From assembly GCA_964472495.1 (NCBI GenBank), contig CAYYLD010000002.1, forward strand, positions 27,949 through 91,948: DNA of 64,000 nucleotides. The letters run 5' to 3'. Origin of the DNA: an uncultured Candidatus Saccharibacteria bacterium. GTDB taxonomy: Bacteria > Patescibacteriota > Minisyncoccia > Portnoybacterales > UBA2143. The notes below the pieces were generated by a model. That model had not been told where the DNA came from and ran no database searches. It saw only the letters and a program-made list of their open reading frames with translations. Positions 58,886-64,000 of the stretch are shown here, in pieces (the first letter of the stretch is position 1; each line of letters starts with the position of its first letter). Both the position numbers and the translations under genes were made by a program.

Positions 58886-59368
58886 TCATAAGTGAGTTCT
58901 CATAATCTTCAGCCAACCCTTAATGTTCCTCCAAATCTCTCTTTCGGTGAGTAATGCGAATTGTTTTAAGCTATCAAGATGCCATTTTCTCAATTCCCTC
59001 TCTGTAACAAGACGGTAATCACTATCACTTCGGTTTGCCGGATAATCAGCATCGATCCAATCATAAAGAGAAATCCTGTCCCCTATTTTTCTTAAAACCA
59101 AACTACCTACATTATCACGCCGGTGAGGCTGAGGATAAAGGGCGTTGAATTTATCAAGAACCATTATTGCCCTACCAGAATCATTGAGAAAAGAGAGTAT
59201 CGGTTCAGTATTTGCAACTTTATTGAGAAGTTCAAGATTTCTTACTGCCATAGAAAATAGCTCTACTGGGAAATAAGTCGGTTCTTTCTCAACCCTTTTC
59301 CTTATTTTCTTCCCTTGCCGTAGCAAAAGGATCTCTCTTTGAATATCTTCCGGTATTTTTATTGTCAT
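58886..59368 (-). CDS. Hypothetical protein (ORFan cassette)
   Basis: SD AAAGGAG; promoter 59460-59431; terminator ~58820-58847. Confidence 0.65.
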   Translation of the reverse strand: MTIKIPEDIQREILLLRQGKKIRKRVEKEPTYFPVELFSMAVRNLELLNKVANTEPILSFLNDSGRAIMVLDKFNALYPQPHRRDNVGSLVLRKIGDRISLYDWIDADYPANRSDSDYRLVTERELRKWHLDSLKQFALLTEREIWRNIKGWLKIMRTHL

Positions 59369-59554
59369 GGCACTCTCCTTTTTAAATTACTATTTAAATT
59401 GTTAGCGAACTGAATTTATTAATTTAAAATAAACATACCATGAAAGTACGCTTGCGTCAATTTCTTATTCTGTCTAAAAAAACTGCCTATCCCGTCAAGA
59501 TTCACCAAAAAAACCGCCCTTTTGGCGATTTTTTTATAAACACTCAACTTTACT

Positions 59555-60100
59555 CTACGGCTCATAATTCTTAATAAATAGAGTTGGTCCTCGCCAGTAC
59601 TCCAATTTTGTCCGGCCTTGCCTTTCTTTCCAATATCCTGGAAATGATTTGCCTTGTTTAAAAGGAGCAATACAGATAGCCAAATGGAGATGGGCATCTT
59701 CCCACCAACCATTTTCTTGTGTCCAAGCCGGAGCTATTATCCCGATTCTTTGACCTAATTCTACTTTAGTCCCTTTCTTAACCAATCTCTTGCCCAGATG
59801 CCCATAAAGAGAAAAGAATACATTTCTTGTTTTGGGGTCTTTATGAGCAATAATAATGATGTTGCCCCAATTACGATGACCACCCTGTTTAGGACTTTTT
59901 TTGCTGGCATAAAGAGCAGAATAAACTACTTTTCCCCTGCCTATGGATTTAACTATAGTTCCGGCTTTAATATTACAATCTTCGCCCAAATGCAATCCCC
60001 AATCTATTCCATCATAAATACATCTTTCCTTAAATTTATAACTGTTCACTTCCCATTTCTTAAATGGAAAATCTAGTTTAGGAGTATAGAGATAAGCCAT
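59555..60100 (-). CDS. M23 family metallopeptidase (no signal peptide)
   Basis: HLGED (HxxxD), SLYGHL and AHLHLA (HxH) motifs. Confidence 0.88.
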   Translation of the reverse strand: MAYLYTPKLDFPFKKWEVNSYKFKERCIYDGIDWGLHLGEDCNIKAGTIVKSIGRGKVVYSALYASKKSPKQGGHRNWGNIIIIAHKDPKTRNVFFSLYGHLGKRLVKKGTKVELGQRIGIIAPAWTQENGWWEDAHLHLAICIAPFKQGKSFPGYWKERQGRTKLEYWRGPTLFIKNYEP

Positions 60101-60265
60101 ATCACTATTCTACCCCCTCAAATTATTCAGAGCAAGCAAAAAACCGCCCAAAAGGCGATTTTTTATCCAGTTCCCCGAAAAATTATCAAGAACACATCTT
60201 TATCAAATTCTAAATAATAGAAAGACCGTGGCGTATAATCACCACGGCCTCAGTCAACCACGTCT

Positions 60266-60694
60266 TCATTTGAAGGATATAGGGTCAACTTCAATAAGCT
60301 TTTTTAGGTCGCCCTCGAATATGGGAAGGTCACGAGACCAAAAATGACTTCTGAATCCAGCCATTTTCCTTACAAAAAGATGATCTCTTTCAACACGCAA
60401 TCCAGAAACACCAATGGCCCCTAGGAATTGCCGTTGACAATCAGGATATCTGCCCATTTTCCAGTATATCCTTGATCCCCCCTTAATTCTTCCACCGTCC
60501 AGCGCCCGCTTGGCCCTGGCGTACGATTTTTTTAAAGAGCCACCTCTATGCTCCGCAAGATTGTTTCCGTTTTTGACAATAACCACATTAGATTCCCTGC
60601 CTAGGACAACAACAAAAGGGTCGATATCTACGTTTAATTCCGACCAAATACAGTTTATCTTGCCAAAAACCAACCGCAATTGCATCTCATCCAT
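60266..60694 (-). CDS. Hypothetical protein, divergent GlcG/HbpS-like
   Basis: C-terminal LGAIGVSGL..E.D motif; SD GGGAGGTG; start revised. Confidence 0.55.
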   Translation of the reverse strand: MDEMQLRLVFGKINCIWSELNVDIDPFVVVLGRESNVVIVKNGNNLAEHRGGSLKKSYARAKRALDGGRIKGGSRIYWKMGRYPDCQRQFLGAIGVSGLRVERDHLFVRKMAGFRSHFWSRDLPIFEGDLKKLIEVDPISFK

Positions 60695-60861
60695 ACTATC
60701 CACCTCCCTTATAATCATTTTGTACTAAAAACAAGTATACCATTAAAATATACTTATGTCAATATTCCATCTTATCAAAAAACCGCCCCCCTGGCGATTT
60801 TATTCAAAAACAAAAGTTCGACTAAATAAAATAAAAATGGTAAAATAAACTGAAAAATTAT

Positions 60862-61485
60862 ATGAGATCTAGTTACAGATTAAAGCCTAATACTACTTTA
60901 GAAAAATTTCTGCCTTTAATTCCAAAAGGTAGAGCTCTTGATATTGGAGCCGGCCAAGGAAGAAATAGCATCTTTTTAGCTAAAAATGGATTTGAGGTAG
61001 AAGCGATTGATCTTATTCCGGAAGGATTAAAAAAATGCCAGGATTTTGCCAAGAAGCACAACTTGGCCATTAAAACAAAAGCTATTGATGTAAGGAAATT
61101 TAAGTTTAAAGAAAATTATTATTCTTTAATTATGGCTAGGGCCGTCTTGGATTTCCTCAAAAAATCAGAGATAGGGACAATCATAGGAAAGATTAGGAAA
61201 TCTCTTGTCCCAGATGGCTTTATTTACTCCTTGGTCTTTTCAACCAAGGACCCGCTCTATTTAAAAATCAAGGGAAAAGGAATCAAAGAAATTGAAGAAA
61301 ATACCTTTTATCTGCCAAAATTTAAAACTTATCGTCACTTTTCTACTAAAACAGAATTAAAAGAAGCAATCAGGAACTTCAAGATTATTTATCTAAATCA
61401 GCGACCAATGAAGGACTATCACGATAAACCGCATTATCACGATATCATAGAGGTAGTCGCTCAAAAGAAAAAGACAACGGAATAA
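60862..61485 (+). CDS. TehB-like class I SAM methyltransferase
   Basis: ALDIGAGQGRNSIFLA..GFEVEAID motif. Confidence 0.88.
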   Translation: MRSSYRLKPNTTLEKFLPLIPKGRALDIGAGQGRNSIFLAKNGFEVEAIDLIPEGLKKCQDFAKKHNLAIKTKAIDVRKFKFKENYYSLIMARAVLDFLKKSEIGTIIGKIRKSLVPDGFIYSLVFSTKDPLYLKIKGKGIKEIEENTFYLPKFKTYRHFSTKTELKEAIRNFKIIYLNQRPMKDYHDKPHYHDIIEVVAQKKKTTE

Positions 61486-61498
61486 CCCGTTGCCTTTT

Positions 61499-61747
61499 TT
61501 AACCAGAAAGATTGTACCAACATTGAGGGTCATGACTAAAGAAAGAACCAGAAAAACCATAAGCTACAGCTCCACATCCCCGATAAGTGTAAAGCAAAGG
61601 ACATCTTTTGCATTTTTCATATTGGTTTAGATCTCTATATTCATTTAGCTTTTCAGAATCTATAAATAAATCTATTAGTTTTTGTTCTGGTACTTTCCCT
61701 ATCAAGCTAGAGAAACGACGACAAGCATAAACACTTCCGTCAGTCAC
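61499..61747 (-). pseudogene. Orphan SPASM-domain remnant of a radical SAM gene
   Basis: DGSVYAC...IG..CKRC.....YRGC......DPQCW with one expected Cys read as Tyr; no radical SAM domain upstream. Confidence 0.65.
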
Positions 61748-61866
61748 CGACTGAGACGATTTTCGAACTTATCTTATAAAAAAAGAAATATATTTTCATT
61801 CCCGCAAGATGATAAAAGGGTCATCCCTTGCATAAGATAACCCTTTGTTAATTTAGGCCACAGACT

Positions 61867-62016
61867 TTACGAATTGACATCTAGTTCCCTTACTCTTATC
61901 CAACCACCGACATCGTCCGGATTCATTTCCAAAAAATCTTCGTTGCTTATAATATTACCGGTCTGTTTTCGTATCAAGCTTTCTCAAGATGTAATTTCAT
62001 CCCGACGATTAGGCAT
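61867..62016 (-). pseudogene. Possible small gene with an internal TGA
   Basis: SD AAAGGGG; MPNRRDEITS*ESLIRKQ...LDVNS; hairpin terminator ~61815-61846. Confidence 0.3.
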
Positions 62017-62032
62017 AGGTAAGCCCCTTTAT

Positions 62033-62596
62033 CTATTTTCCGATGACACGATTAATTGCATAAGAACCATCTAAGTTAGTTTCCACTCTGTATCCCGCTT
62101 CATCCCCTTCGCCTTCAGCAATCGCCGGGGGAAAATTTGGAATAAATCCATGAATCCATAGGCCGTGTTTTCGGCTGATTCTTTCTAAATCCGCCGCGAA
62201 AGCAAGCATTCTGGACTTTAGAGTTTTTTTTCCCCAATGCAGATCCGGCCATATGGCCTGGGCTTTTCTTGAGATAGAATCAATATCTACTTCGCTAACA
62301 GACCCGGCAGTCATAAGATCTTTCTCATTAATCTGTTGGACTTTATAGGGGGGTAAAATACCAAACGGTTTTCCAAGTTCGCCTTCGGTCACCGGACCTC
62401 TCGCATCCCAATACATTCCATCAGAGCCAATAAGAACGGCGTGAGAGATTACATCCCCCTCCATCAAACCGATTATTGGCCAATTCAATCCTCGAGAAAG
62501 CGCGATAGCAAAGGTATAGCATTGACATCGTCCTTCTACCAAGAAGCGAAGTTCCTCGCGATCTTCTGGCTTTAATCTTTTAAACTCTATTGTCAT
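62033..62596 (-). CDS. Hypothetical protein (ORFan cassette), possible papain-like C-H-D pattern
   Basis: GRCQCYTFAIAL...SHAV...YWDARG; SD AAGGAGG; TTGACA at ~62677. Confidence 0.65.
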   Translation of the reverse strand: MTIEFKRLKPEDREELRFLVEGRCQCYTFAIALSRGLNWPIIGLMEGDVISHAVLIGSDGMYWDARGPVTEGELGKPFGILPPYKVQQINEKDLMTAGSVSEVDIDSISRKAQAIWPDLHWGKKTLKSRMLAFAADLERISRKHGLWIHGFIPNFPPAIAEGEGDEAGYRVETNLDGSYAINRVIGK

Positions 62597-62788
62597 GGTA
62601 TCCTCCTTCTTATTTTTAGTTTCTATAACAATCTTAAGAACTAAAAAAAGAATGACACACCAATATTATTCTGTCAATGACATTATCCATTCTACCAAAA
62701 AACCGCCCAAAAGGCGATTTTTTATCTTTCTTATACATTTAAATCCTAACTAATCTCTCCAGCCAAAAAAGACGCTCGTTTTTCCTTT

Positions 62789-63496
62789 TCATCTCATCGC
62801 TTTTTTCTTCAAAGGCGCGGGCATTTTTTCGATGGCGTAACGCAAGGCCGTCCGCGGCATCTCATCTTTCCTTTTTATTACAAAATCAAAAACTTCCTTT
62901 TGAAAATTATTACTTGCCTCTTTAAGCATCCAACCATAACCTTTTTGAACCAAATCCTCTTTATCCTTCAAAAGAATTTCGGCAATTTTAAGGACAGGGA
63001 TCAATTCTTTTCTATTTTTCACAGAATAGATCAAGGACACGGCCGCCGCCCGACGCAGCCATAAATTCTTTGATTTGGCCCATTTTTCCGTTTTTTTTAC
63101 AAAACGCGGAAAATAATATAGGAAATACCCTAAAGCGTGAGTGCATAAATTATCACAAGAGTCCCATGAATCAACATATTTTCTGAGCCAGTTTTCAAAT
63201 ACTTTAAAATCTTCGGCCGCGTATTTTTTCCGCAGACGGAAAGCCCAGTCAAAAGAAATTTCCGTCCCGCCGATAATTTTAGCTTGAAGAAGCTCGTCGC
63301 ACAAACCAAAAATCTCTTTTTTTCCCAGCGTTTTTATTTCGTTAAAATATTTTGAAGAAATTTTCTTCAGGACAGGACTGGCAATGCCAAGGTGAACTTT
63401 TTTGTCTTTATAGAATCTGGAATAATCTTTACAGATGGCCGGATCCTTAACCAATCGGCCTAATTCTTTTCTCAACTGTTTAACGACTTCTTTCAT
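62789..63496 (-). CDS. DNA alkylation repair protein (AlkD family)
   Basis: VDSWDSCD, W.RRAA, VQKGYGWMLKE and PRTALRYAIE motifs. Confidence 0.92.
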   Translation of the reverse strand: MKEVVKQLRKELGRLVKDPAICKDYSRFYKDKKVHLGIASPVLKKISSKYFNEIKTLGKKEIFGLCDELLQAKIIGGTEISFDWAFRLRKKYAAEDFKVFENWLRKYVDSWDSCDNLCTHALGYFLYYFPRFVKKTEKWAKSKNLWLRRAAAVSLIYSVKNRKELIPVLKIAEILLKDKEDLVQKGYGWMLKEASNNFQKEVFDFVIKRKDEMPRTALRYAIEKMPAPLKKKAMR

Positions 63497-63537
63497 ACTT
63501 TTATTCTATCAAAAAACCGCCCCCTTGGCGATTAAAT

Positions 63538-64000
63538 CTACTTTTCTTTTTTGTGTAGTGTTTTTTCAAAACTAAATAAAAATTTATCTAAATCGCTTTT
63601 TAAAATTTTACTCATTTTTTGTTCGATTTGTTTATCACGATTTGTTCTACGGATACTTAATATATCCATTATCGCCTGTTTACCCTTTAATTCAATAATA
63701 TATTTCACTATTAAGTATGATATCTTATATCCCTCATGTTCAGCTACGTTAAGCCAGGGTATCGTGGGATTAATAAGTATTTTGTTTTCCTTAAACCACT
63801 CCCAGTCTTCCTTTTTGACTATATTATTATAAACATTCTCTCCTTCTACATACTGACAAACTCCTTCGTTCGCCCAAGCAAAACATCTTTTATTAATCTG
63901 ACTTACAAATGCATGGGCAGTTTCGTGAATAATAGTTGGTAAAATTTCATGTTTTTTATGAGTTGTAAGTTTTTCAAAAACCAACGGACTGAAAATATAT
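63538..64000 (-). CDS. Zincin/peptidase MA-like protein, C-terminal part
   Basis: HETAH and WANEG..QY motifs; open at the window end. Confidence 0.7.
   Translation of the reverse strand, partial: YIFSPLVFEKLTTHKKHEILPTIIHETAHAFVSQINKRCFAWANEGVCQYVEGENVYNNIVKKEDWEWFKENKILINPTIPWLNVAEHEGYKISYLIVKYIIELKGKQAIMDILSIRRTNRDKQIEQKMSKILKSDLDKFLFSFEKTLHKKEK

Larger units (their letters stand above)
55783..63533 (-). repeat. Dispersed array of ~9 AAATCGCC-N3-5-GGCGGTTTTTTG modules (hairpin plus extended -10)
   Basis: + strand starts at 55783, 56634 (degenerate), 57852 (degenerate), 58760, 59506, 60137, 60776, 62696 and 63510. Confidence 0.85.

Noticed and set aside
58289-59410. GTTAGCG motifs as attC core sites
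   Set aside because: There is no matching RYYYAAC end or L-box hairpin, and the motif sits between promoter and SD on the opposite strand.
59419-59712. 97-aa - ORF overlapping the M23 gene
   Set aside because: It is an alternative frame running through the repeat module and a promoter.
61984-61986. In-frame TGA as evidence of genetic code 25 or selenocysteine
   Set aside because: Conserved genes here (aspS, mraY, xer) end in TGA at expected lengths; no SECIS or sel genes were seen.
50500-64000. Accessory region as a prophage or IS cluster
   Set aside because: There is no capsid, terminase, tail, integrase or transposase, and ORFans are interleaved with typical cellular genes.

Overview
This is a 64-kb chromosomal segment of an AT-rich, reduced-genome bacterium. 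Gene content (short GAD-less AspRS, truncated TsaB, LCP/GT2/O-antigen-ligase cluster, many leaderless genes, palindromic insertions in proteins) suggests CPR/Patescibacteria, Parcubacteria-like; this is inference. From 0.6 to 23.7 kb genes are mostly on +: grpE-hsp20-dnaK-dnaJ, tRNA-Lys, NIF3, aspS, dacA-mraY-murD-ftsW-murG-gltX, a Xer recombinase, a PD-(D/E)XK nuclease and rpmA. From 23.7 to 64 kb they are mostly on -: pyrG, rplI, ctpA, glycan genes, rpoD-dnaG, NUDIX/MazG, tRNA-Ser, htpX-lemA, groESL, then an accessory region of short genes. The best non-coding signals are five. (1) Three dispersed copies of a 165-nt covarying three-way-junction element with two ~31-nt loops carrying variable segments. 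(2) A dif-like 28-mer and a DnaA box just upstream of the xer gene, near the gene-orientation switch. (3) About 9 repeated hairpin/extended -10 modules separating accessory genes at 55.8-63.5 kb. (4) Many self-contained ORFan cassettes (promoter, boxA-like motif, strong SD, terminator). (5) 122-bp inverted repeats around a two-gene island encoding a protein with three wHTH-like units and a sigma-r4-like end. No CRISPR array, transposase, rRNA or phage structural genes were seen. All calls are by eye; no searches were run.
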